Shown here: piece after piece, positions 10,536 to 19,010 of the stretch
How the letters are laid out: each line of letters begins with the position of its first letter
Position numbering within the stretch: the first letter of the stretch is position 1
Assembly: GCA_964525635.1 (NCBI GenBank)
Contig: CAZGJX010000044.1
Location: 1-32,431 of the forward strand
DNA from: an uncultured archaeon
GTDB lineage: Archaea; Asgardarchaeota; Lokiarchaeia; Sigyniarchaeales; SOKP01
Length of the DNA stretch: 32,431 nucleotides
Direction of reading: 5' to 3'
The notes under the pieces: model-generated
Told to the model about the DNA's origin: nothing
Database searches by the model: none
What the model saw: the letters and a program-made list of their open reading frames with translations, nothing else
Program-made: the position numbers and the translations under genes

Positions 10536-11276
10536 GGGTAGATGCAGAACCTATTGATGAATTATTTTTTATATATAAATTATATGATTAAATCAGCTTT
10601 ATTGATATGATTAAAATTTTATTATCATAAATGCTATGAAGATAAAGAAGCATAAATTTAAAAATTCAAAAAAAACAACAAGTTAAATGAAAAAAGAAGA
10701 AAAAACTCGTGATCGTCCATATATACCTGATTATGGTATTGAAGAATCAGATAATGGATTATTAAGTTGGAATTTTGTACAAAATGAGATGAAGGATGCA
10801 AAAAATTATTGGTTAAGTACTACAAGATTAGATGGTCGTCCCCATGCAATTCCTATATGGGGATCATGGATTAATGATAATTTTTATTTTGGGGGAGGTT
10901 CAGGAACACAAAATCGTAGAAATTTAGCTGAAAATCCCCATATTGTTGTTCACTCAGAAAGTGGGATTAAGGTTGTTATAATTGAAGGGAAGGCCTCAAT
11001 TGAGAAAAATGAGGATTTAATTAAGGAGATCAAGAAGGATTATATGAGAAAATACAATTTAGATCATCCTCCTCCATTTTATAGGGTAAGCAAAACCAAA
11101 GTTCTTTGTTGGAATATGGATGATTATGCTGGAACCCCAACACGATGGAAATTTATAGAACTAAAAGAATGAAAAGATATGGAAAAGTTTTGATATGGAT
11201 AATTGGGATCCCAAACAATAATAATAAATTTATTAGCAATTATCTATTTTTTTATCACTGACCTTTGGAACTACCC
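10536..11276. mobile_element. Non-autonomous gene-carrying element 2 (degenerate TIRs)
   Basis: TIRs at 10536-10558 and 11254-11276 (15/23 match); AAAAATCT on both sides (10528-10535, 11277-11284). Confidence 0.75.
10687..11172 (+). CDS. Pyridoxamine 5'-phosphate oxidase-like split-barrel flavin/F420-binding protein, cargo gene
   Basis: NYWLSTTRLDGRPHAIPIWG...RNLAENPHIVVH...VVIIEGKA motif. Confidence 0.85.
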   Translation: MKKEEKTRDRPYIPDYGIEESDNGLLSWNFVQNEMKDAKNYWLSTTRLDGRPHAIPIWGSWINDNFYFGGGSGTQNRRNLAENPHIVVHSESGIKVVIIEGKASIEKNEDLIKEIKKDYMRKYNLDHPPPFYRVSKTKVLCWNMDDYAGTPTRWKFIELKE

Positions 11277-11384
11277 AAAAATCTCTGATTAATTATTCAA
11301 ATATAATAATTCACCTACAAAATTTAATAAAATTAAGATAAATATTTGGAGTCAAATATTATATAATTTTATCAGAAACTTTAT

Positions 11385-12482
11385 TTAATAATCAATCATA
11401 TCGAGGGTTTTTTGAATAACTTTTGGTCTATCTTTCTCATATTCAAATAATTTTAGACATTTATAAAAGCTCTCAACTAAAAATTTTGTATTTTTCTCAA
11501 CTCTCTCTTTATTAAGATGATGATCTTTGCAAAGTAAATGAAATATTCTTGTTGTATTAGGTGGATTCCAATAAAGGGCATCAAAATTACTTAAAACTTC
11601 AGGTAAAAGAAAGATTTTTCTGATTTCCATTATTAGATTGTGATTCAGAGCTGAAAAGTCATAATTTTCTTTCTCACCTGTTATTATTGATTCTATATTA
11701 TTGTATTTCTTAATGAATCTCAGAGCAGTTTTTGGACCAATCCCTTTTATTCCTTGAAAATAGTCTGTCTTTAAGAGTATTGCCAAATCAATTAATTGAA
11801 ATTGATCTATACCTATGATTTTTAGACTCTCTCTTAAATCTATATATTGTGGTTCTATCTTAATGTATGTCCATCTTCCATGTTCTTTTCTTTTCAGTGA
11901 TTTCGAAAGGTTCTGTATTAATCGAGGACAACCAAATAGAAGGGAATCAAAATCTTGAGAATTTGAAAAGTGAGTAATGTGTTCCTTTACTAATTGAGCA
12001 GATTGTGCTTCTGCTGAGACAGGTGAATTAACTATAGGCACCCCAAGAGCATGTAATAATTGCTTTGATTCCTTTATTACGTTTATCCACATATATTCTT
12101 TCGATAAAGCTATTTTCCTAGCTAGCTCTTTATTGTCTTTTTCTATTGCTTGCTTATATCGTTTTTGAGCGAAACGAAAGTCATTAAGTTGGTTTTTTGT
12201 TTCTACACGTTTTAGTTGAGAGACTTTCCCATCAAAGCAAAATATAGGAAGTATATTCTTACTATAAAGAAATTTTATACGATAAAGTATTCCATAAAGA
12301 TGAGAAAATACTCTTTGTGTTCGATCAAGAAATAAATCCGTCTCATATATAGTGGTGTTCTTATGGGAAAAATTCAGAAAACTCATGATAATATTGGGGG
12401 CATCTATTGCTATGATTCTCCCCTTTAACTCTGAAAAGTCAATTTTTTGCCTCTGAATTATTGAATTTAATTTTACTCCCAT
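11385..12482 (-). CDS. fen: Flap endonuclease 1 / XPG-family nuclease (divergent paralog)
   Basis: MGVKL, IAIDA, FCFDG, AEAQ, SQDFDSLLFG, TDY, H3TH GIGPKTA, C-terminal PIP-like QKTLD. Confidence 0.85.
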   Translation of the reverse strand: MGVKLNSIIQRQKIDFSELKGRIIAIDAPNIIMSFLNFSHKNTTIYETDLFLDRTQRVFSHLYGILYRIKFLYSKNILPIFCFDGKVSQLKRVETKNQLNDFRFAQKRYKQAIEKDNKELARKIALSKEYMWINVIKESKQLLHALGVPIVNSPVSAEAQSAQLVKEHITHFSNSQDFDSLLFGCPRLIQNLSKSLKRKEHGRWTYIKIEPQYIDLRESLKIIGIDQFQLIDLAILLKTDYFQGIKGIGPKTALRFIKKYNNIESIITGEKENYDFSALNHNLIMEIRKIFLLPEVLSNFDALYWNPPNTTRIFHLLCKDHHLNKERVEKNTKFLVESFYKCLKLFEYEKDRPKVIQKTLDMIDY

Positions 12483-12546
12483 TTGAACTATATTTGATGT
12501 TAAACAATATAAAGAAAAAATAAGTGTAATTTAACTCTTGGATTTT

Positions 12547-12665
12547 GGGTAGGTACAAATGTTAGTGATAAAAATGCATAAATTGATTTATTTTAGAATA
12601 TTTCTCCTAAAATTATAATTTAATAAAAGAATATATTTTTCCATCACTGAATTTTGTACGCACCC
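12547..12665 (+). mobile_element. MITE copy B (119 bp) with 8-bp TSD TGGATTTT
   Basis: TSD at 12539-12546 and 12666-12673; TIRs match 18/23. Confidence 0.92.
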
Positions 12666-12867
12666 TGGATTTTTTATTTAAATATATACACTAATATTAT
12701 AACTAAGAATTAAAAAAAGAAAATAGATTTTTTCGTTATTAAATACCATTGATCAAAACCCTGGACTTGTAACCCTTTTTTTCTAATTTTTTAATTTCTA
12801 ATTTTCTCCTTCTTTTTTTTTTCCTTTAAATAATCTCATCTGAAGTGATTAGTAATTAAAAAAAACA

Positions 12868-14149
12868 TTGGTGAATAAAATTTCAGATTTAAGCCAAATA
12901 AAAGGAATAAACTCAAGACATATTAAACTTTTAGAAGAAAATGGTATATCTACCGCTGAAATGTTAGCGATGTCTTCTCAAAATAGTGTTGCAGACATCA
13001 ATGGGCTTGGAGATAAGACTGCAAAAAAACTTATTTGGAGTGCCCGAGATGCCTTAGGAATGACTGATTTTACTTCTGCTTCTGAGATGGATGACAATGT
13101 AGAATATTTCACTACAGGGTCTTCTGAACTAAATCGCATTTTAGGAGGAGGATTTCAAACAGGAAAATTAACTGAAGTGTATGGGCCCTTCAAATCAGGA
13201 AAAACTAATCTTTCTCATACACTTGCTGTAACTGTTCAATTACCAAAAGGAAGGGGAGGATTAGAAGGAGCTACAGCGTATATAGATACTGAGAATACAT
13301 TTTCAAAAAAGAAGATTGAACGTATCTCTAAACGATTTTCCCTTAATCCCAAAGATGTCTTAGGAAAGATCCATCATGCGAGAATTTATAGTTCAGATCA
13401 TCAAGATCAAATGATACTCCAAGCGGAAAAATTATGCAAAACTCGAAATGTAAGGATGATCATCGTTGATAGCTTAATGGCTCTACTTAGAGCTGAATAT
13501 GTAGGAATCGGAATGCTTGCAAGAAGACAAAGTGTACTCAATAGTATGATTCACGGATTATCCAGAATTGCTGAAACATATAACGCAGCAGTTTTATTAA
13601 CGAATCAAGTTGCTACAAAAATGATGGGAATGTTCTCTGCCGATGATGCTATAGGAGGAAATAGTGATGCCACAGTTCATGGATCACTTCCAAATTGTAG
13701 CACATGGCTGTCATTTCCGTGTAATGTTTAAAACAAAAGGATTCTCATCAAATAAATCCTTAAAGAGACGAGCTGTTATTGTAGATGCTCCTGATTTACC
13801 TCCAGAGGAGTGTGAATTCTATATCACAAATGCAGGAGTTGCAGATTCGGAAGAAGTTAATATACCAACTACTCAGGAACTATATATAAAATTGGAAACT
13901 TTATATGAAGAAAGTGATGATTCAATAGGAGAAAATGATACAAAAAGTGGAAATATAACTAAAAAAAACCTATCACTAACAGATATAAAGGGAATTGGGA
14001 AGGGAACAGTGGTAAATCTTAACCAAGAAGGAATAAACAATGTAGAAGATCTATTAAAAGTAGATCCAAAAGAATTATCCTCAAAAGTTAGTGGTGTATC
14101 TGAGTCCAAGATAATTGAGTGGCAAAAAATCGCTACAACTAAAATTTAA
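12868..14149 (+). CDS. radA: RadA/Rad51-family recombinase, two exons (12868-13662, 13694-14149), ~416 aa, with an extra C-terminal HhH domain
   Basis: N-terminal HhH, Walker A GPFKSGKT, YIDTENTF, Walker B IIVDS, TNQV. Removing 13663-13693 joins the two track ORFs as IGGN|IVAHG. Confidence 0.88.
13663..13693 (+). other. Putative 31-nt bulge-helix-bulge mRNA intron in radA
   Basis: Central helix GGAA(13657-60)/UUCC(13688-91), 3-nt bulges AUA(13661-63) and AAA(13692-94), flanking stems. Canonical cut sites restore the frame. Confidence 0.82.
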
Positions 14150-14182
14150 ATTTCTTTTTCTTCTTTTTTTTTATTTTGTATT
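14150..14182 (+). terminator. Oligo-T tract after radA, likely archaeal terminator
   Basis: T-rich run directly after the stop codon. Confidence 0.5.
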
Positions 14183-14266
14183 TAATCTCTTGATATCCCA
14201 ATCACATTATTTAAAATAAATAGAGATATAACTGGTAAAATAAGTATGGAAAAACTAGGGATTTTA

Positions 14267-14467
14267 TTACTCTTTTTTATGAAAAGCATCTAAAAAGGCC
14301 ATTTTTTCTTCAATAGCTAAAATATCCTCATCATCAAATTCGTCGCAATCCTGCTTTTCAAATTCTAATCTACATTTAAAGCAATTAAAGGACTCATTAT
14401 ATTCATATATTTCGAACCCGCCACAACGAGGGCAGTGATACTTTTCTTTTGGCATATTAAGTGACAT
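14267..14467 (-). CDS. Small Zn-ribbon protein
   Basis: CPRCGG...CFKC with an acidic C-terminal helix. Confidence 0.7.
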   Translation of the reverse strand: MSLNMPKEKYHCPRCGGFEIYEYNESFNCFKCRLEFEKQDCDEFDDEDILAIEEKMAFLDAFHKKE

Positions 14468-14604
14468 CTATACTATACAATATAATCAATAAATGGTAAA
14501 TAACCTATTTAAATCTCTTTATTACATAACAAATATGATATTTTTTCTTTATAAATATGTATTGGATAAAAGTATTTAAACTAAAATATAGGTGTTCTAT
14601 AGAG

Positions 14605-15198
14605 ATGGGAAATGATGATATCTGGTTTGTTCCAAAGAAAAAGCAGTCCAGCGGAAAATCAACCTTACTCATACTTTTTGCAATTAGTATAATAATCATA
14701 ATCCTTATCCCTTTTTTCAGTGATAATTTCCAACAAGTAACGGGAGATATCTTAGATACAGTCTTTAATGTACTTAAACAACTTAGTCTTTTTCTTGGAA
14801 TTATTTTAATAATAGTTGGATTTGTAAAGGCAATGAGTGAGGATGGAAGGGCGATGGGTGTAGTATTATTAATTATAGGCTTCATCTTGATATTATTATG
14901 GTTAGATCCAATCCATTTTATAAATGAAATAATGACGAAATTCGGAGGGTATGAAGATAAATATAGAAGAGAGGAGACTGATACTTTTGGTACTATAAGA
15001 ACTTTAGTTTTGGCAATTGCTCTGATAATGTTTGCAGTAGGATTATTTATTCTAAAAAATCACAAAAAAATAGGAATAACCCTTTTAATTATTTCAATAC
15101 TCCTTATGCTCATGGGATGGTTAGATCCATTTGGAATTCTAAATTTTATAGAATCTTTTTTTGATGATTCCTCTGGTTTTCCTTATGGATACACTTAA
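14605..15198 (+). CDS. Multi-pass membrane protein with two repeated 2-TM units ending WLDP
   Basis: About 5 hydrophobic segments and an internal repeat. The track start 14557 abuts the TATA motif, so ATG 14605 is preferred. Confidence 0.7.
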   Translation: MGNDDIWFVPKKKQSSGKSTLLILFAISIIIIILIPFFSDNFQQVTGDILDTVFNVLKQLSLFLGIILIIVGFVKAMSEDGRAMGVVLLIIGFILILLWLDPIHFINEIMTKFGGYEDKYRREETDTFGTIRTLVLAIALIMFAVGLFILKNHKKIGITLLIISILLMLMGWLDPFGILNFIESFFDDSSGFPYGYT

Positions 15199-15241
15199 TT
15201 TTTTTATTCTTTTTTCTTTGACCTATAAAAAATAGGAGTAA

Positions 15242-15463
15242 TTAGTACATACCGAAATATCTTAGTCCAGTATCAAATCCACATAAAATTACAAGAAAAA
15301 TAGATGGAAGTAAGACAAAAGCCATTTTAGATTTATATTTATTAGAAAGTACCATTAATCCTAGCATACCAATAATAATCCCAAAGACACCTATAACGGA
15401 GCCTATTGCAATTAAAAAGTCAAAACCTTCTTCAAATGTCTCATAATAATCGTTTAGAACCAT
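15242..15463 (-). CDS. Small 2-TM membrane protein (pilin/CedA1-like architecture)
   Basis: 73 aa, two hydrophobic helices with a basic loop, own promoter motif at 15488-15503. Confidence 0.65.
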   Translation of the reverse strand: MVLNDYYETFEEGFDFLIAIGSVIGVFGIIIGMLGLMVLSNKYKSKMAFVLLPSIFLVILCGFDTGLRYFGMY

Positions 15464-15506
15464 ATTGCATCATCTATAATTCTGATATATTTAAAAGAAA
15501 AAATAG

Positions 15507-15626
15507 GGGTGCGTACAAAATTCAGTGATGGGAAGAATATATTCTTTTATTAAATTATAATTTTAGGAGAAATATTCTAAAATAAATCAATTTATGCATT
15601 TTTATCACTAACATTTGTACCTACCC
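15507..15626 (-). mobile_element. MITE copy C (120 bp, inverted) with 8-bp TSD AAAAATAG
   Basis: TSD at 15499-15506 and 15627-15634; reverse complement of copies A and B. Confidence 0.92.
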
Positions 15627-15739
15627 AAAAATAGAAGAAATAATTAAAGAAAAGACAGGTTTTTATTTCAACAGTATAATACTCCCATCCAATATATTTC
15701 CCTAGACAATTTATCTCTATAATGAAATGAAAATTATGG

Positions 15740-15755
15740 TTTTTTTCTTTAAATA
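15740..15755 (+). promoter_or_regulatory. Representative of the shared promoter motif TTTTTTC-TTTAWATA
   Basis: The same motif occurs in gene orientation at 6759(-), 8103(-), 9746(-), 12506(-), 12813(+), 14541(+), 15488(-), 22750(+) and 29882(-). Confidence 0.7.
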
Positions 15756-15802
15756 GGGGTATTTGATTTTACTGTAAAATATAACTTTTACTATATTCGA
15801 CG

Positions 15803-16132
15803 ATGAAAAAAACAAAAGAACTTGGACTCTGTCCTAATTGCAATTGTTCAATTTTTATACATAAAACTTCAAATTATAAACGATATGCGAAATGTGAGAT
15901 ATGCGGGAATTCTTATCCCCTCCCAAAGCGGGGCAAAATTCACAACTCCGCTCTCATATGTCCTTTAAGGAATTATCCCATTTTAATTATTGAAAATAAT
16001 GGTAAAAAAGCATATTTTTGGGCAGATAGTCCTTGCTTTGATTGCGTGAACTATGACAATTGCAAACCAGTTCAAGAATTAATTAATGAATTCATGGAGA
16101 TGGAAGTGTATGAGTTTAAAAAACCAGATTAA
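15803..16132 (+). CDS. Cys-rich Zn-ribbon protein resembling the C-terminal Zn fingers of topoisomerase IA
   Basis: CPNC..CEICGNSYPLPKRGKI..CP..CFDC. Confidence 0.65.
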   Translation: MKKTKELGLCPNCNCSIFIHKTSNYKRYAKCEICGNSYPLPKRGKIHNSALICPLRNYPILIIENNGKKAYFWADSPCFDCVNYDNCKPVQELINEFMEMEVYEFKKPD

Positions 16133-17111
16133 AATTAAGAATAAAAAAGTATCTATTATTATACTTTTATATTTTCTTATAGGAATAACTGTGATTCCAA
16201 TTACGATAAGTATCCAAAAAGATTATTATCTTAGTGCATTGAAAGATGTACCTGAATCTAGATTAAATACACAAGGTTTAGGCGAAGGACTAATTCATGA
16301 TAAAGTACATACGTTTCATAAAAATCAGAGAGACATTATTCTAAGTCCTTATCTATTGAATCGCTCTTTTTATCATATCAAATTTGCTATTGTAACTGAT
16401 TCTCATGAGTGCCATATGAATATTACCCTCCTTGATCCAAATGGATTAATATATTATATTTTTAAATCAGAAGTACCAATGCGCTTTAATGCCTATTATA
16501 CCGTACCTTATGGAGTAACTATTAATGGAAATCACACAATAATCTTTACAGAAACAGAAGGTCCAAATTTAAATATTCATATAAGCATATTTCAAGGGGA
16601 TGAAATGTCTGATATTCCTTTCCCAGTACAACCTAAGGAAAATTATAATTGTTCTTTATATCTTGAATCTGATACAATGTATAAATTTTTCATAAGACGA
16701 GTAAATCCTATTGCTTATGGACTGGATGATACCTTACAGATTAACTTAAATCTAACTGCACCTAATGGTATTATTTTCAATATTTTTAATAGCAAGCCAA
16801 TTACAGCATTCAACTCACCAATAGATTTTCCCTTCGGTACTGCTATGGAAGGATTTTATACTATGGATTTCAGGAATTATCAGGCCCAACCAAACATAAA
16901 TATATTAGTACATATAGATAGGATAAGAAAAATTTCAACAGAATTGAATTCAAGCGATATAGGAAACGAGACAAACAATAATACCAGTAGCATAAAAGCA
17001 TTACCCTATATTCCTCCTGCTGCGTTTTATGGTGGTGCTGGAATAATGGGAATGGTTGCAATTATTGCCCTCGTAATTGGATATACCTATAAGAAAAAAT
17101 TTAATAATTAA
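16110..17111 (+). CDS. Membrane-anchored extracellular protein with two repeated beta domains
   Basis: N-terminal TM; repeats NITLLDPNGLIYYIF / NLNLTAPNGIIFNIF; NxT/S sequons; C-terminal TM+KKK. Confidence 0.75.
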   Translation: MSLKNQIKIKNKKVSIIILLYFLIGITVIPITISIQKDYYLSALKDVPESRLNTQGLGEGLIHDKVHTFHKNQRDIILSPYLLNRSFYHIKFAIVTDSHECHMNITLLDPNGLIYYIFKSEVPMRFNAYYTVPYGVTINGNHTIIFTETEGPNLNIHISIFQGDEMSDIPFPVQPKENYNCSLYLESDTMYKFFIRRVNPIAYGLDDTLQINLNLTAPNGIIFNIFNSKPITAFNSPIDFPFGTAMEGFYTMDFRNYQAQPNINILVHIDRIRKISTELNSSDIGNETNNNTSSIKALPYIPPAAFYGGAGIMGMVAIIALVIGYTYKKKFNN

Positions 17112-17182
17112 TCTTTATATTTTTCTTTTTTTTTTTGTAATAATTAGCAATTAGTTTAAATTCTTCTGTTAGAAAATAATTA

Positions 17183-18952
17183 TTGATGATTATTTACAAC
17201 TTATATTTCTTATTTTCATTATTTGTATTGATATTTACAACATCATATTATGTTGTAAAATATATCTATATTAAAAGAAATTATATCATAGGTGGCACAA
17301 ATATATACTATTTAGGATTATCTTTAGCCTTTATTCATATATCATTATCTATATCCATCATTTCTATCCTTTTTTTTAATATTAAAGAAGGGTATCATAA
17401 AGAGATACTATTTCAAAATAGTACTATATTTTTATGGGCTCTATCTCTAATTATCTTTTATTTTTCAAAATATATTAGACCAAAATATACAATGATTATG
17501 GATGTTCCTTCTCGATGGAAGATAAAAGGTACAATGAAATTAGGAAGGATTATATGGAAAAATAGACTAAAATCAAAATTTCATCTAAGTTTAGATGATT
17601 TAACTCAACATATGTTTATCACTGGAATAACAGGATCTGGAAAAAGTAATTTTTTGCAATCTTTTTTACTCGAACTTACAAAAAAACATAATGAAATCCC
17701 CTTTCTTCTTACAGAATTTAAGGGAGAATATCATCACTTACAAACAAAAATAAAAGATATGCTAATTCTCAAACCAGGAAAGAACTTTAGTATAAATATT
17801 TTTGATCCAGAAGGGTCAAATCCAAATATTCATGCTGAAAGAGTCTTTAGAATTTTTGAAAGTGGAGGATTATTAGACAATATTGAATATTCACCTCAAA
17901 TGGAAAAAGTATTCGTTGATATATTAAAAAAAATTATAAAAGATCCTAATTCAAGAAATTGGTCTTCTTTTAAAACCACTTCAGAGGGAGTGGGAAATGA
18001 TTCAAAAGATCCCTATTTTAAAAATAGTATTACTGCTGTACAAAATAGAATAAGAAGATACTATACGGGTAGTCTGCGAAGAATATTTAAATCAGACTCT
18101 AATTATAAGGTAAAGGATTTATTTAACTATAAAGTTCTTTTGGATTTATCTTCTATTATTGATTTAGGTGGGGAAAAAGAAGATGCTCTGTTTTTTCTTA
18201 ATATGATCTTAAAATACCTATGGGATAAAAATCTTGAAAAGGGAAGCAGAAATTATAAAGGGATTCAACATATTACTATTATCGAAGATGCCCAATACTA
18301 TGCACCCCAAGAACTCTCATCACGAACCAAATTGACTTCTTATTTGGAAGATATCGCTTTACTTTTAAGAGGGACAGGAGAATGTCTAATAACTTTAGCT
18401 ACGCGACCCAATATATCTAAAGAGATTCTAAACAATGCGGGTGTTCTTATCTGCTTTCAAATCCATATGCATAAAGAATTAATGCGAGAATTATTAAATC
18501 TACAAGAATGGCAAGTAAATTATTTATCAGAGTTGCAAAGAGGTCAATGCATAATAAGAGTGAATTCTATTGAAAAACCGTTTTTGCTACAAAATCGATG
18601 CGTTGATCGGTATTGGTTAACTAATAATGAAATTCTTGAAAACAATAATAAAATTATAAGAGATAATATTGTAGATATGGAAGAAAATATTGAAAATGGG
18701 ACTAAAAATTATATTTATGAGGGTAAAGAAATGAAAAAAATCAAAAGAAAGAAATTTAAAGATAAAGACGATTATCAAAATGGTATGCCAGACTATGAAA
18801 TTGTACTTTGTAAATTCTGCGGGAATGAAATCGATGGCCCTGATGGTTATTGTGCAAATTGTTCTACACCTTTAAAAGAAGAAGATAAAGATAGAATTGA
18901 ATTGGAGAATTTATGCAGACGGATCAAAGAAAGAGAGAGAAAAGAGAAATAA
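17183..18952 (+). CDS. Membrane-anchored HerA/VirB4-like (DUF87) ATPase with C-terminal Zn ribbon
   Basis: 3 N-terminal TMs, QHMFITGITGSGKS Walker A, INIFDP, IIEDAQ Walker B, LRGTG, ATRP, CKFC/CANC. Confidence 0.85.
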   Translation: MMIIYNLYFLFSLFVLIFTTSYYVVKYIYIKRNYIIGGTNIYYLGLSLAFIHISLSISIISILFFNIKEGYHKEILFQNSTIFLWALSLIIFYFSKYIRPKYTMIMDVPSRWKIKGTMKLGRIIWKNRLKSKFHLSLDDLTQHMFITGITGSGKSNFLQSFLLELTKKHNEIPFLLTEFKGEYHHLQTKIKDMLILKPGKNFSINIFDPEGSNPNIHAERVFRIFESGGLLDNIEYSPQMEKVFVDILKKIIKDPNSRNWSSFKTTSEGVGNDSKDPYFKNSITAVQNRIRRYYTGSLRRIFKSDSNYKVKDLFNYKVLLDLSSIIDLGGEKEDALFFLNMILKYLWDKNLEKGSRNYKGIQHITIIEDAQYYAPQELSSRTKLTSYLEDIALLLRGTGECLITLATRPNISKEILNNAGVLICFQIHMHKELMRELLNLQEWQVNYLSELQRGQCIIRVNSIEKPFLLQNRCVDRYWLTNNEILENNNKIIRDNIVDMEENIENGTKNYIYEGKEMKKIKRKKFKDKDDYQNGMPDYEIVLCKFCGNEIDGPDGYCANCSTPLKEEDKDRIELENLCRRIKERERKEK

Positions 18953-19010
18953 AAATAAGATTTTTAAGTATATATCATGCTAACTTTCTTAATTTCATTC
19001 CAAATTTAAT

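Noticed and set aside
13664-14149. Separate 161-aa gene, simple frameshift or intein in radA
   Set aside because: Exactly 31 extra nt sit within a conserved motif and form a BHB. A 1-nt slip would leave ~10 extra residues, and there are no intein motifs.
13873-14885. Minus-strand ORFs 13873..14109 and 14505..14885
   Set aside because: Antisense shadows of radA exon 2 and the membrane protein gene.
9765-15626. Repeats as a CRISPR array or dif/attC sites
   Set aside because: They are dispersed, have TIRs and distinct 8-bp TSDs, with no regular spacers, cas genes or integrase.
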